64,000 bases of DNA from the NCBI GenBank assembly GCA_918797485.1, contig CAKKNE010000001.1, positions 5,952,001-6,016,000 of the forward strand, read 5' to 3'. Position numbers and translations under genes: made by a program. A model generated the notes under the pieces. That model did not search any database, was not told where the DNA came from, and saw only the letters and a list, made by a program, of their open reading frames with translations. This DNA is from Pelagomonas calceolata (taxonomy: Eukaryota). Position 1 is the first letter of the stretch, and the number at the start of each line of letters is the position of its first letter. Below, one piece after another: positions 1 through 10,761 of this stretch.

Positions 1-1561
1 GCTCCGCGGCTTGTAAACGCGTCGCGGACCGCGCCAGGGCCTCGGCCTCCGCTCGTGCCGCGGCCTCGGCGTCGGCCCGCGCCTGGGCCTCGGCCCGGGC
101 CCGGGCCGCGGCCTCGGCGCGCTGGAGAGCTTCAGCGCGCTGTCTCTTCGCGGCTTCGGCTTCCTTCCGCGCGCCGCGGCCCCGCTCCGCCGCGGCGAGG
201 CGCGTCGCCGCCGTCGCGAGTAGTTCGGCTTCAGCTAATGCAGCCGCCTCGGCCTCGGCCGCGGCGGCCGCCTCCGCCCGCGCGACGATCTCGGCCCGGC
301 GCGCGCGCGCCGCCTCGGCCTTGAGCTTGGCCGTTCTCGAGCGCTCGGCGGCTTGCAGGCGCGTCGCGGCCGACGTCAGGGCGGCCTGCGTCTTCGCCGT
401 GGCGATTGCGGCCGCTCGTAATTTCGCAATTCGACCCCGTTCGGCCGCCTGCAGCCGCACCGCGGCACCACATAACTGCTCGGCCCACTCTTCAGCCTCG
501 CGCTCCTTCTCGGCCTCGCGCGCCGCCGCGGCCGCCTCGCGCTCGACGAGCTCCCTCTTCAATTCCTCCTTCCGCGCTTGACGCTCGGCCTCCTTCTCTG
601 CATTGATTTCCGCCTCGCGGCGCTCCCTAGCTTCCCGCTCCTCGGCAGCCACGCGGTCCTTCTCCGCGATCTCCCTTAATTTCCGCTCCTCCTCCGCGTG
701 GTGCGATTCGGCCGCCTCGCGCTCCTCGGCGGCGGCCGCCTGGCGTTCTTCAAATTCCTGGCGCTCCTTCGCGCGCAGGGCCAGCTCCGCTTCGCGGCGC
801 TTCTTGGCGGATTCGCGCTCCTGCTTGTTCTCCTGCTCAGCTTTTTTGCGGGCCGAAGCGCGCTCCTCGGGGGACTTGGGAGTCTTCTCTGATGGAGATG
901 GAGAGAACGCCGGCCGGGCCGGCGAGAGCACGAAGCCGTCGCCACTGGACGGCGTGACGGCGCCCTTGGCCTCCCGCAGAAACGCCGTCTTCTTCCGGCC
1001 GTGCTTCCCGCGCCACGAATCGTCTTTCTTGACCGGGGGCTCGACGAAGTCGTCGGCGTAGGGATCCTCCTCTTCAGCAGCCTTCTTCGTAGGACCCTTC
1101 TTCTTCGACATGCGCTTCGCTAATTCCGCACTCTTCTCCAGCCGCGCGACCCTCGCCCTTTCGCGCGTCACGAGCATCCGTTCTCGCTTCAAGAGTTCCT
1201 TCTCCTGGGCCAGGGCCTTGCGCAGGCGCGCCACGGTCTTGTTCTCCTTCGACGCGAGCTGCTTCCGCAACCTTTCGATGGCGGCGGCGGTCTCGTTTTG
1301 AGACACTTTTTCAGGCGGCGGCGGCGGCTTCGCCGTGGCCGGCCGTCCGATGCGCGCCGACTGCGGCCGTGCCAACGCCGACTGGGGCCGTCGTTGTCGT
1401 GCCGACTGCGGCCTGGTTGTCTTCTTCTTCTCGACTCGTTGCGGCAATTCCAGAGGCCGCGTCACGTCCACAACGAGCTGCGGGCCGCCGCCCTCCATCC
1501 ACAAGTCGAACTTGCCGCGGGCCAAGGGCACGCCGTTGACGAAGACGTGCGTCGCCGCCAT
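1..1561 (-). CDS. Long charged coiled-coil protein, 3' end outside the window
   Basis: ATG at 1561 (MAATHVFVNGVPLARGKF...), in frame with MSKKKGPTKK at 1111. E/R/A/K-rich helical sequence continues to the window edge. Absent from the ORF track because it has no stop in the window. Confidence 0.7.
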   Translation of the reverse strand, partial: MAATHVFVNGVPLARGKFDLWMEGGGPQLVVDVTRPLELPQRVEKKKTTRPQSARQRRPQSALARPQSARIGRPATAKPPPPPEKVSQNETAAAIERLRKQLASKENKTVARLRKALAQEKELLKRERMLVTRERARVARLEKSAELAKRMSKKKGPTKKAAEEEDPYADDFVEPPVKKDDSWRGKHGRKKTAFLREAKGAVTPSSGDGFVLSPARPAFSPSPSEKTPKSPEERASARKKAEQENKQERESAKKRREAELALRAKERQEFEERQAAAAEEREAAESHHAEEERKLREIAEKDRVAAEEREARERREAEINAEKEAERQARKEELKRELVEREAAAAAREAEKEREAEEWAEQLCGAAVRLQAAERGRIAKLRAAAIATAKTQAALTSAATRLQAAERSRTAKLKAEAARARRAEIVARAEAAAAAEAEAAALAEAELLATAATRLAAAERGRGARKEAEAAKRQRAEALQRAEAAARARAEAQARADAEAAARAEAEALARSATRLQAAE

Positions 1562-1968
1562 CGTGTACACTGCCCTTGCTGCTAGGCGGTTTTTGCGCTG
1601 CCCGCCCGACGCTGTGCTGCCCAATGCTGCGACCCGGCGTCCAGGGGTGCGCCTGCGTCTCCGCCGGGCTCCGACGCGCCCGCTGGGCCTTGTCGTTGGC
1701 CTCAGCAGTGTTTTTATTGCGCCAAACCGCTGCGCTTGGCGCTGGACCACCAACCCGAGGCCGCGAGCTTCTATTTGAAAACAGCACGTATGGTGCGCGT
1801 CGGAGGCGTGCGGGGGCAGCCTTTACGTCCGACGCAACGCTAGTGGCTCTTATACGCTTGCTCACTAAGCTGGCGCGAGAGTGAAGAAGGCTGTTCCACC
1901 GCCCTGTGCGCATCGTCACGACGTAACGTAACGGAACACCAGAACAGCTCAGTCCTGCCACGCGCAAG

Positions 1969-3147
1969 ATGGTTCGCGCTCCTCGCCTCACAGCGGTCAT
2001 CATCGCCGCCGCGCTCCCTGAACAGCTAGGCGCGCTGCCGCGCGGCCCGACCCCGCGCGGCGGTTCCACGCGCCCGCGGCCCCACAATCAAAGGGGCCAG
2101 CTCCCCCACGACCGAGATCTCAGGGAGAGCAACACGACGAAGACCGCGGCCGTCGATGCAGGACTAAGAAACAAGAAACTCCCGTGGTTCTGCGATCGCG
2201 ACGCCTCTAGATTCACGCTCTTCCCGCTGCGAGACCCGGAGCTCTGGCAGTTCTACAAGAAGGCCGAGGCGTCGTTCTGGACCGCGGAAGAAGTCGACCT
2301 CGGCCAGGACAAGTTGCACTGGAACCAGCTAGGGGACGGCGAGAAATATTTTTTGAGTAGGGTCTTGGCCTTCTTCGCGTCTTCTGATGGCATCGTGGCC
2401 GAGAACCTGATGGAGCGGTTTGGCAAAGAAGTGACGCTGCCCGAAGCTCGATTTTTCTACGCGTTCCAAGGGGCCATCGAGTCCGTGCACCAAGAAATGT
2501 ACTCTCTGTTACTAGAAACCTATATAGAAGACCCGAACGAACGCAAGGAGCTCACGAGGGCCCACGAGACGCTGCAGTGCGTGAAAGCCAAAGCGGAATG
2601 GGCCCAGTCCTGGACTGCTGATCCAGATGCGTCGTTTGCGGCTCGGTTGGTGGCCTTTGCGGCGGTCGAGGGCGTCTTCTTCTCTGGGTCATTTGCTTCC
2701 ATCTTTTGGCTGCGGAAGCGGGGCGTGCTGCCGGGTCTGGGATTTGCCAATGAGTTGATCTCGCGAGATGAAGGGCTCCACTGCGACTTCGCGTGTGCTC
2801 TATATCAACGGTTAACGCCGGAGGAACGGTTGTCAGATGCAGACGCGACCGCGATCATCACGGAGGCCGTTGCCGTCGAGTTGGCGTTCGTTACTGATGC
2901 CCTACCGGTCACATTAGTCGGCATGAACGCCGACCTCATGTGCGAGTACGTCCGGTACGTGGCTGATAGATTACTATCAGCTCTGGGCCACCCCAAAGCC
3001 TACAACGCTGCGAACCCCTTCGATTTCATGGAATTGGTCAGTCTGACGGGCAAGACGAACTTCTTCGAGAAGCGCGTGGGCGAGTACGCCAAGGCGAACG
3101 TCGCGGGCAATTCAGAGCAGGCGTTCGACATGGACGCGGACGTGTAA
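1969..3147 (+). CDS. RNR2: Ribonucleotide reductase class Ia small subunit (R2)
   Basis: Motifs [29 protein letters not shown] (radical Tyr), [25 protein letters not shown]. The 5' structure is uncertain (possible intron 1972-2100). Confidence 0.95.
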   Translation: MVRAPRLTAVIIAAALPEQLGALPRGPTPRGGSTRPRPHNQRGQLPHDRDLRESNTTKTAAVDAGLRNKKLPWFCDRDASRFTLFPLRDPELWQFYKKAEASFWTAEEVDLGQDKLHWNQLGDGEKYFLSRVLAFFASSDGIVAENLMERFGKEVTLPEARFFYAFQGAIESVHQEMYSLLLETYIEDPNERKELTRAHETLQCVKAKAEWAQSWTADPDASFAARLVAFAAVEGVFFSGSFASIFWLRKRGVLPGLGFANELISRDEGLHCDFACALYQRLTPEERLSDADATAIITEAVAVELAFVTDALPVTLVGMNADLMCEYVRYVADRLLSALGHPKAYNAANPFDFMELVSLTGKTNFFEKRVGEYAKANVAGNSEQAFDMDADV

Positions 3148-3480
3148 GATCCTTGCGTGTCTTCTTTTTTGGGGTTGCGGCGATGGCTTGGGGGGTCGCG
3201 GCATTTTTCCATCCGTCCCTGCTTTGCGCGAGGATCACCTCCGGTCCTCCGCAAACGCAGAACCGCTAGAGACTCTACGACGCTAGCAAGCTGAGGCGCG
3301 CGCGCCAGTTTTGAGCGTACACAGATTTGGCAAAGGACCGGATACGCAAGTTTTCTGCACGGTGTCTCCCGCGCGCACGCAGCCGTCGCTTCAAACCGGC
3401 CTCCATTTGAGTTAGGACGTGCCGCTCTCCCTCCCGGCGCGCGCTCTACGCCGTCGACGAGGCGCCGCACGCAAGCAAAA

Positions 3481-5766
3481 ATGGCCATTGCACCCGAGGA
3501 CATGCTCGAGCAGCTCAACAAGCTCGCCGCCTCAGTCATGGGCGTGCGCGACGCGCCGGAGCCCGTCGTGGCATTGTGCTGCCGCGTGCTCGGCTCGACG
3601 CTCGCGACGCGGGCGCCACGGCGCGACAGCAGCAGCACCCAACGGTTGAGGGACGTCGACGCGCTGCGGACGAAGGTCGAAAAGGCCAAGGGCGCGCGCG
3701 CCGCGCTCCGCTTTGATGAATTAAGGACGCAGCTCCGGGACGCCGACGCGCTGAGCGTCCGGGGCGCGGACGGCCTCGTGGAGTTGCTGGGGCTCGTGAG
3801 CGGCGACGCGCAGACCGCGGCGCCCTTCGCGTCCGTGTGTAGAACAGGAGGCGGGTTCTCGCGCGAGACCCCTCTCGAGGAAGAAACAGAGACTCCGAAG
3901 AAGGACTGGGGCCTCGCAGGGTGGCGCGCGGGCCCGCCTCCCTCAAAAACGGGGCTGGACGTCGTTGAAGAGGAGCGGTTACTGGTGAGGGACTGCCTGT
4001 ATGCCTTACAAGGCATCGACGGGCGGTATGTTTCACGGGATCGGAGTTTGGATGATACCGTGCCGAGCGTGGACCGATTGGTCGCTCCCAAATTATCGAC
4101 GGTCGACGGCGTGCGCGAGGTTTGTGAATTGGGCTGGTTGTACGAACGCTGCGATCGGTTTTGCGCTTCTACGTCAACGAACGAGGGGCGATGCCGGGGC
4201 GCGTTGCGAGCTGCCGTGCGCGACGAGCTTTCAGATTACTATCGGCTCGTTGCCGTGTTGGAAGCGCAATTGAGGGACGAGGGCTTGTCGCTGAGACGAT
4301 TACTCGTGTGGCTCGTCGAGCCGCTCGAACGATTACGGCTCCTTGCGAACGCCTGCGACGCGTGCGCGCCCCAGGATCTGCAAGGAGGGGCCCTCTGCGC
4401 ATCACTAGCCCGATTAGCGACGCACGGCGACGACCGCGTCCGAGACTTGGTCGAGGGTCTGCTCGCGAAAACGTCGGAGCCGGTCCTCGCCGCGATCCGG
4501 CGGTGGGTCTGCTCCGGGAAGTTGCTGCCAGATCCAGCTGGGGAATTTTTCGTCCAAGAGACCGGTGACGAGGACGACTTCTGGGCGGCGCGGTTCTGTT
4601 TGAGACCGCGCATGGTGCCGGCCTTCCTCTCGGAGGACGTCGCATCCAAGATTTTAGTGGTGGGCAAGACGCTGACGTTCCTGCGACGGTGTTGTGGGGA
4701 CGACCGGCCGGCCTTCGCTTCTGTGAGTGATGAGGCCTTTGCCTACGGGAGTCTGAATCTTGAGAAAGTGGTCGAGGAGGCGTATGAACGGACGAACCAG
4801 CGCGTCCTCAAGGCGCTGAAGGAGGACTTCCGGTTATTGGACCACCTGAAGGCGCTGGAGTCGTGCGTTTTGTTAGCTCAAGGGGATTTTGCGTTGCAAT
4901 TGGTCGATGGCTTCGACGCTGCCGCCCAAAAGAGGCGGGGCGCCTTCGGGAGCTCCGGCGCGGACGCCGTGGCCGCGCTCGACCGGGCCGTCCGGAACTC
5001 GAACGCGTGCCGGTTGTTTGAGGGCGCCGTGCAGCGTCTGAAAGTGGTCGTGCTCGAAGGCGACGGCGTTTCCTTCGGCCTGGACTACGACGCGCAGCCG
5101 CCGATCGACGCTGTGGTGGACGCGGGCGCGCGCGAGTTTTACGGAAGGGCGTTTTCGGCGTTGCGGTCGCGACGGCGCGTCGAGGCGCGCCTGACGGACG
5201 CCTGGCGGTCGCTGGCGCTCGCGCGGCGCGTGCGCGGGCTCGGGGCGCCGGAGCGCAAGGCACTGCGGAAAGCGGCTCTAGCGCGCAACGAGATGGCGAC
5301 GCTCTCGGCGACGGTGAGCGCGCACGTCGCCGACGCGTTTGCCGGGGCCTGGAAGCGTTTGGATCAGGACGTCAGTAAGGCGGACGGCCTGGACGCCGTG
5401 CGACGGGCCCACCGCTCGTATTTGGACGCGATCGCGTCGGACGCGCTCTTCGCGCCGCGTTCGGGAATTCCGGAGGAGGGCGTGCCGCCCGACGAGGACC
5501 TGGCGGCGGGGGCGCTGGCGACGCACCTCGAGGCAGTGTTACAGGCGGCCCAGCGGTTCTGCGCGTTGGTCGATGCCTTTGTTGCTGATGCCGTCGCGGG
5601 CGATTCTCGAGCTCAGACATTAGCGGCGCGGCTCGACGACTCGACGGCCCACTTCCGGGCGGCGGCGCGGCGGTTTACGCGTCTCTTGAAGCGGGCGTCG
5701 GAGGACGAGCCCGAGGCGACGAAATTGGCTTTTCGCCTTGAAGTGGTTGGCCAGGCGGTAGAGTAA
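3481..5766 (+). CDS. Gamma-tubulin complex component (Spc97/Spc98 family, GCP3-like)
   Basis: LVRDCLYALQGIDG, ELGWLY, ELSDYYRLVAVLE, GEFFV, PAFLS..KILVVGK, LLAQGDF. Confidence 0.85.
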   Translation: MAIAPEDMLEQLNKLAASVMGVRDAPEPVVALCCRVLGSTLATRAPRRDSSSTQRLRDVDALRTKVEKAKGARAALRFDELRTQLRDADALSVRGADGLVELLGLVSGDAQTAAPFASVCRTGGGFSRETPLEEETETPKKDWGLAGWRAGPPPSKTGLDVVEEERLLVRDCLYALQGIDGRYVSRDRSLDDTVPSVDRLVAPKLSTVDGVREVCELGWLYERCDRFCASTSTNEGRCRGALRAAVRDELSDYYRLVAVLEAQLRDEGLSLRRLLVWLVEPLERLRLLANACDACAPQDLQGGALCASLARLATHGDDRVRDLVEGLLAKTSEPVLAAIRRWVCSGKLLPDPAGEFFVQETGDEDDFWAARFCLRPRMVPAFLSEDVASKILVVGKTLTFLRRCCGDDRPAFASVSDEAFAYGSLNLEKVVEEAYERTNQRVLKALKEDFRLLDHLKALESCVLLAQGDFALQLVDGFDAAAQKRRGAFGSSGADAVAALDRAVRNSNACRLFEGAVQRLKVVVLEGDGVSFGLDYDAQPPIDAVVDAGAREFYGRAFSALRSRRRVEARLTDAWRSLALARRVRGLGAPERKALRKAALARNEMATLSATVSAHVADAFAGAWKRLDQDVSKADGLDAVRRAHRSYLDAIASDALFAPRSGIPEEGVPPDEDLAAGALATHLEAVLQAAQRFCALVDAFVADAVAGDSRAQTLAARLDDSTAHFRAAARRFTRLLKRASEDEPEATKLAFRLEVVGQAVE

Positions 5767-5777
5767 CAACATTTCAC

Positions 5778-6320
5778 TTACACATACTTGTCCACGGGGT
5801 CCTCGACGAGCGTGCCCACGAAGGTGTACTTGTCGTGGGTCTCGTACATCTCCATCCACCGATCTAATTCGCGGAGTTGCGATGGATCGAGCCCGTCGAG
5901 GTCCGCCGAGACGCACTCCGCGGCGCGGCAGCCCGTCGCGAAGGCGCGAGACGCGTCCCGGCCGACGAAGTGGTGGTACGGCTTGCCCGCACCGTAGAAT
6001 TTTGCGCCGGCTGACACATCGTAGACGCGGCCGCGCAGCGCCACGTACACAGGAGCGCCGTCGACGCCGTCGCCGTCCTCCAATTCACTTTGAGTAACGG
6101 TGCCGTCGTGCTGCGGCTCGGAGAGGTCGAGCGGCGCTTCTGTCTTAAGCACCATCTGGGCTAGCGCGTACTTGTTGCCGTAGCGCCGCGTGCGTGCTCT
6201 CGCGCGGGCTACGTCGCGGAAGAAGCGGCCAAGCGCAGTAGTGAGTCGCGTCTTCGCGGCTGGCGTGCAGCAGAGGACCGCTAGCGCTGCTAACGCTGCG
6301 GCTGCGAATCGCAGCCTCAT
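5778..6320 (-). CDS. Cytochrome b5-like heme/steroid-binding protein (MAPR family)
   Basis: VYVALRGRVYDVSAG.KFYG, YHHFVGRDASRAF, KYTFVG; hydrophobic N-terminus. Confidence 0.9.
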   Translation of the reverse strand: MRLRFAAAALAALAVLCCTPAAKTRLTTALGRFFRDVARARARTRRYGNKYALAQMVLKTEAPLDLSEPQHDGTVTQSELEDGDGVDGAPVYVALRGRVYDVSAGAKFYGAGKPYHHFVGRDASRAFATGCRAAECVSADLDGLDPSQLRELDRWMEMYETHDKYTFVGTLVEDPVDKYV

Positions 6321-6949
6321 AGATATTGATGAATCGTGATGTTCGACAGCGTGCAGAGGCCCCTACCCTCGCGCACGTCCACTGCGCCGCGCGCCAAGGC
6401 CAGGCTCCGGAGCAGCTTTGCAGGCCCCAAAGCGGCCCAGCCTTTTCGCCCAGTTAGGCGTCTGGAGGGACAGAGAGGCGTCCCCTCGAGGTCCTGACGC
6501 GTGTGGCACGCTGATTCGGGCACTTGCCTAGCCGGCCCGTCGACGTAGGCCCGGCTTGCGGCCCAAAGAGCATCGGCACCTAGCCTCCCCGCTGCCAGCC
6601 AGAGAGCACTGGGGTAGAGTTTCGATAGCCGTCAGGCCGTCAGGCTCGAAAAAAGCGCCGTCGGACGCGTGGGAGACGCTCAGAGCCCTATACAGAGGCA
6701 AGGCGCAGCTTTTGCAGCCTGAGCGCGCGGTACGCCCTACCCAGCCGCCACGCCGCGTAAACGACGCATAGGCGGCTGCAGCAGCGCGTGAGCACCGGTC
6801 GCGGGGGCGAAAAGAACTCTTTTCACCGCTACGGAGGAGCGCGCCGAAACGCAAGCCGCCTTCAAAAGCCCTTTGCCAGCCTCCCACGGCAGGCCAAGCG
6901 TCGGAACGGCGGCCCGCGACAACTAACAGCAAAAAAAAACACGTGAACC

Positions 6950-7927
6950 ATGTGCCAGCCCCCAACCGCCGCCCAGGTCTCGGCCCCACCCCCGACGACG
7001 ACGACGGGCGAGAAAACGGGTCGATGGACCGACGAGGAGCACACGCGCTTCCTCCACGGTCTGGAGCTCTTCGGCAAGAAGTGGACGAAGGTCGCGGACG
7101 TCGTTGGTTCTAGAACTACGGTCCAAGTCCGATCCCACGCCCAAAAATACTTCCAGAAGCTCGAAAAAGATAGGGCGCAGCCGTCTGGCTCTGGAGGAAG
7201 AGGCCGCGCCGGTGCGGGGTTTGGAGGAAGACAGTTCGGCGACTACGACGGGCTAGATGAAGGCGCCGCACCCATAGCCGTGCCGCTGGCGCTACGGAAG
7301 TTCCTGCCCGCGGGGACGGGCCAGAACGGCCACGCGGGCCCCGCCGACGTTGCCGCCGGCTTGTTCAAATTCCTGAGCCCGTTAGCTTTACCTTCCAAAC
7401 CGGATAAGGTGAATGAGATGGCGCGGACGATTTTTGACGACCCGGCCGCGGACCTGCACCACCAGCAGCTCGAGGCGCGGTCGCGGCCGGCGCCGCCGCC
7501 GACGGTGCCCGAGTGGTATCGCCGGGGCGGGCGCTTGGACGAGTTGCTGCGGGACGCGGCCCAGATCGAGTGGAAGGATGATTCGGGAGGCGAGCCTCTG
7601 AAAGATCCGCCGCCGCCCGTCTACCGGGCACCACCCCCACCGAAACCCTTCCCGCGGCGGCCGTCGGCGCAGTGGGCGCTCCCGCCGGGCAAGCGACGGC
7701 GGGACGAGGAGGCCCTGGCGCACATCGCGACGGGGACTGAACGAGGCGCGGCGGCATTGCCGCGCTTTTCTTCGTTAGACGCGCTCTACAGCGCGTCAAT
7801 CTTGGTCGACCGGCGGCCGCGGAGCGACTCGCACGGGTCGACCGGGCTGGGCTTCGAGGACGGGCTCTTCTACGACGACGACGCCGCGCCCTTCGCCTTC
7901 ACCGACGACCAGGCGCCGACGATCTGA
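6950..7927 (+). CDS. Single-repeat Myb transcription factor, SHAQKYF class
   Basis: GRWTDEEHTRFLHGLELFGKKW...QVRSHAQKYF. Confidence 0.92.
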   Translation: MCQPPTAAQVSAPPPTTTTGEKTGRWTDEEHTRFLHGLELFGKKWTKVADVVGSRTTVQVRSHAQKYFQKLEKDRAQPSGSGGRGRAGAGFGGRQFGDYDGLDEGAAPIAVPLALRKFLPAGTGQNGHAGPADVAAGLFKFLSPLALPSKPDKVNEMARTIFDDPAADLHHQQLEARSRPAPPPTVPEWYRRGGRLDELLRDAAQIEWKDDSGGEPLKDPPPPVYRAPPPPKPFPRRPSAQWALPPGKRRRDEEALAHIATGTERGAAALPRFSSLDALYSASILVDRRPRSDSHGSTGLGFEDGLFYDDDAAPFAFTDDQAPTI

Positions 7928-8043
7928 CAACTGACTCCCCTCTCCCAACTGTGTGACTGCTCGACTCGAACCCCGCGATGGCTCCGCAAGAACCGGCGCC
8001 GCCCCCCTCAGGCCTAAAGAGGACCCTTTTCCGAACTTGAATT

Positions 8044-8190
8044 AGCCAACACTCGGGGCGACGGCGTACGAGGGCGGGGGCGGGATCTGGGGCGGGCATT
8101 CGGTCCACGCATCGCCCACTGGATCCCACTGGGCCACGTCATCGCCCCGGGCCGCGGCGGGTCGTGGCTAGGCGGCCTAGCTCTAAGCAA
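8044..8190. repeat. Copy of a dispersed hairpin-ended repeat shared with 48763-48936
   Basis: 8044-8067 matches the reverse complement of 48902-48925 (23/24). 8164-8190 matches 48842-48868 (26/27). GTACGAGGGCG occurs at 8066 and 48787. Confidence 0.8.
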
Positions 8191-8205
8191 GGCACAATAA
8201 TAGTG

Positions 8206-10146
8206 TTAGGCGCTCATCGCCCGGCAGGCCCAGTCCCACGACGACCCGACGCTCGCCTCGTTGTCCGCCTCGACGACGGCTGCCCGCGCGGCGGCGGCGA
8301 GCGCCTGGTGGTGGCGCAGGGGTCGCTTCAACTCCGGGGCGAACTTGACTGCTGCAGAGCAATTCCCGCGCAACGCCTGCACGGCCGGATGCCGTCCGAA
8401 GGCTTTGAACGCCCGCACGTCGCCGCCGAGCAGGGCCGCCGGCGGCGAGAACGGCCGGTCGAAGGAGAGCGCCGCGCCGGGCGAGTAGGGCGACGCGTCT
8501 CCGCCGTCCAGCATCTCAGCCGACGACAAACGCCGCGGCGCGAGCTCCGTCAGCAGCTCGGCCATCGACGCGGCCTCGAGCGGGCCCAGATCGACGACGC
8601 GCTCGCCGAGGTCGCCGGCGCTCAGCTCGACGCGGCCCGTCGTCACCACGCTCAGCGCCGGCGCCGCCGCGAGGAGCCGCGTCGCGAGTCTCCGGACGGC
8701 GACGCGGTTCTCGGCCGTGACGCCGTCGGCGACGAGGAGGCACCGTCTCTCGGATGAAGCGAGCGCCTTGGCGAGGGCGTCGGGGCTCTCGGTGATGGTG
8801 GTGCGGTCCTGGACGCGGCGCGCCACCGGCGTGTCCGGTCGCGGCGAGCCGGAGAGCGCTTCCAACGCATCCGCAAGCACGCTCACCAACCGACGTTCGA
8901 TGCGTCTTTGGATGGCGTCGTCGCGCCTCGCCGGCGACAGCCCGAAGTAGTCCTCGTACGACGCATTGGTCTGCACGTCGCCGAGCGCCACCTCGCAGAC
9001 CACGTCGAGGTTTCCGCGGTCGGCCAAGAACGCCGCCGCCGCGCGCGCCACGGCCGTCTTGCCCACGCCCCGCGCGCCTCGGACCGTGACGCAGCGCCTT
9101 CTCTCAAAACCGATGAGTCGCACGACCTCGGCGACGGCGTCGTTCCGCCCGGCCAATCGCTCGGGCGGCGCCGGCCCGCGCACCGGGCAGAGCCGCGGCG
9201 TTTCGATTTGAGCTCCTTGGCTCTCTTCAGACGAGTCACCACAGATTACCGTGTCGTGTTTATAACAAGCACCAGCCGGCAATAAGAGGTAGGCCCCTTG
9301 CTCGTCGACCGCCGTCGCGACGTCGAAGGCCTCCTTCACCGTCTTCCCGCGGCAGAGCGCGTCGTAGAACTGCTCGGCGAAGGCGCGCGCGGTCCGGTCG
9401 CTCAGGCGCGCGCCCGCCCGCACGCAGACGACGTGCGGGATGCCCGCCCTCGCCAGGGATTTTCCGGGCCGTTCCGAGTCGCAGGCCGCGAGAAAGACGA
9501 CCTTCGTCCTGTGGCCACCCGCCGCGACTAATCGTTCGAGCGTCTCCTCCGTACAAACATCCAATTCCGCGCGGCCCTCGAGCTCGAAGGTCAGAGCGCC
9601 GCGGACGCCATGACCCGTATAGTGGACGACGTCGCAGCCCGCGGTCAACAGACTCCGAAGGGCGGCCACCGTCGCGCAGGGCTCGGCGCGGAGCCGCACG
9701 CGCGCGGGCGCGCGACCAAGCACTGTTTTCAGGAGTGCGAGTTCTCCCCCTTGATGCCGCTGCACCGGCGGCAACGCTTTCAGGCTGCCGTCGGACGAGC
9801 TGCGCCAGACCAGCGGCTCGGCGCAGAGGTAGCCGACGCGCAACGGTGCTGATGGTGTTAACGGTGCCGACGGCGCGGCGGCCGCGGTGGGCGTGACGGT
9901 CGCCGGCGCCGGCGCGACGGCGGCGCTACTGTCGCCGAGAAGTATGTTGACGGCGCCCGAGATGTCTCCCGTGCCGCCGAGCTCCTTGGACTCCTCGCCT
10001 TTAGGGGATGGCGCCGCCGCGGGCAGGACCTTGTTGCGGCTGAAGCGTTGCGGGCGCCGCAGGATGCGCCGAAGCGCCTGGAGCGACTTGCGGCGCGGCG
10101 CGGGCGCCGGAGTGCTGGCGTTGGCCAGCTGGTGGTGAGCCGACAT
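8206..10146 (-). CDS. CHAT (caspase-like) protease fused to a STAND/NB-ARC-like P-loop NTPase
   Basis: VVHYTGHG and VFLAACDS (His/Cys dyad), FAEQFYDAL; Walker A GARGVGKT; Walker B-like CLLVADG. Confidence 0.8.
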   Translation of the reverse strand: MSAHHQLANASTPAPAPRRKSLQALRRILRRPQRFSRNKVLPAAAPSPKGEESKELGGTGDISGAVNILLGDSSAAVAPAPATVTPTAAAAPSAPLTPSAPLRVGYLCAEPLVWRSSSDGSLKALPPVQRHQGGELALLKTVLGRAPARVRLRAEPCATVAALRSLLTAGCDVVHYTGHGVRGALTFELEGRAELDVCTEETLERLVAAGGHRTKVVFLAACDSERPGKSLARAGIPHVVCVRAGARLSDRTARAFAEQFYDALCRGKTVKEAFDVATAVDEQGAYLLLPAGACYKHDTVICGDSSEESQGAQIETPRLCPVRGPAPPERLAGRNDAVAEVVRLIGFERRRCVTVRGARGVGKTAVARAAAAFLADRGNLDVVCEVALGDVQTNASYEDYFGLSPARRDDAIQRRIERRLVSVLADALEALSGSPRPDTPVARRVQDRTTITESPDALAKALASSERRCLLVADGVTAENRVAVRRLATRLLAAAPALSVVTTGRVELSAGDLGERVVDLGPLEAASMAELLTELAPRRLSSAEMLDGGDASPYSPGAALSFDRPFSPPAALLGGDVRAFKAFGRHPAVQALRGNCSAAVKFAPELKRPLRHHQALAAAARAAVVEADNEASVGSSWDWACRAMSA

Positions 10147-10152
10147 CTTGGT

Positions 10153-10185
10153 GTGGCTGTGTTGATCGTGGCTGTGTTGATCGTG
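10153..10185. repeat. 15-bp tandem duplication just upstream of the CHAT gene ATG
   Basis: GTGGCTGTGTTGATC x2 followed by GTG. Confidence 0.85.
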
Positions 10186-10574
10186 AGATAGGGCTGCCCG
10201 ACGGTGCGTGAAGGTCGCTTTTTGGTCCCCTTTGCGTGCCGCGGGTGCCGGCGGTCCGCTGGGTGCGCGGACAGCGTCAGGGACAGCGCCGATGCCGCGC
10301 TATTGTATCCTCAATCTCGGTCTGCTTCGCAGAGCTTCGAGTAAACGCCCGCAACCTTCCAACGTAATTCTGGAGGCCGGCGCTCACGGATATTCGAAGA
10401 GCTCCGTGGTGTCCGGCATTGGTACGAGGGCCGCGTAGAACGCTATTTTACGGAAGGCTGCCACCCGCGGCCGCGCCGAACGCGACTCTACGCCATCGAG
10501 GAGTAGGACGACCGCACGCCGCGGAATATTTTTTTTAGAACGCTATTTCCACATAGCCTGCCCTTTCGTCGCGA

Positions 10575-10594
10575 GCTAGCGGTAAGACACTAGC
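10575..10594 (+). promoter_or_regulatory. Recurrent upstream motif, copy 1
   Basis: GCTAGCGGTAAGACACTAGC in the divergent intergenic region, about 170 bp before ATG 10762. Confidence 0.65.
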
Positions 10595-10761
10595 AGGGCA
10601 CGAGTCCAACTTTTGTTGCGCTCTGTTGTGGCCTTGAGGGCATGGATATGTCAATGTAGGTGTAGGAGGACACTGCTTATATCGCAAGCGGTCGTTTTCC
10701 AGCGAGAGAGCTGCAACTGCACTGCGCGAATTCAAGTAATCAGTCTGGGCTCTCAGGAGAC

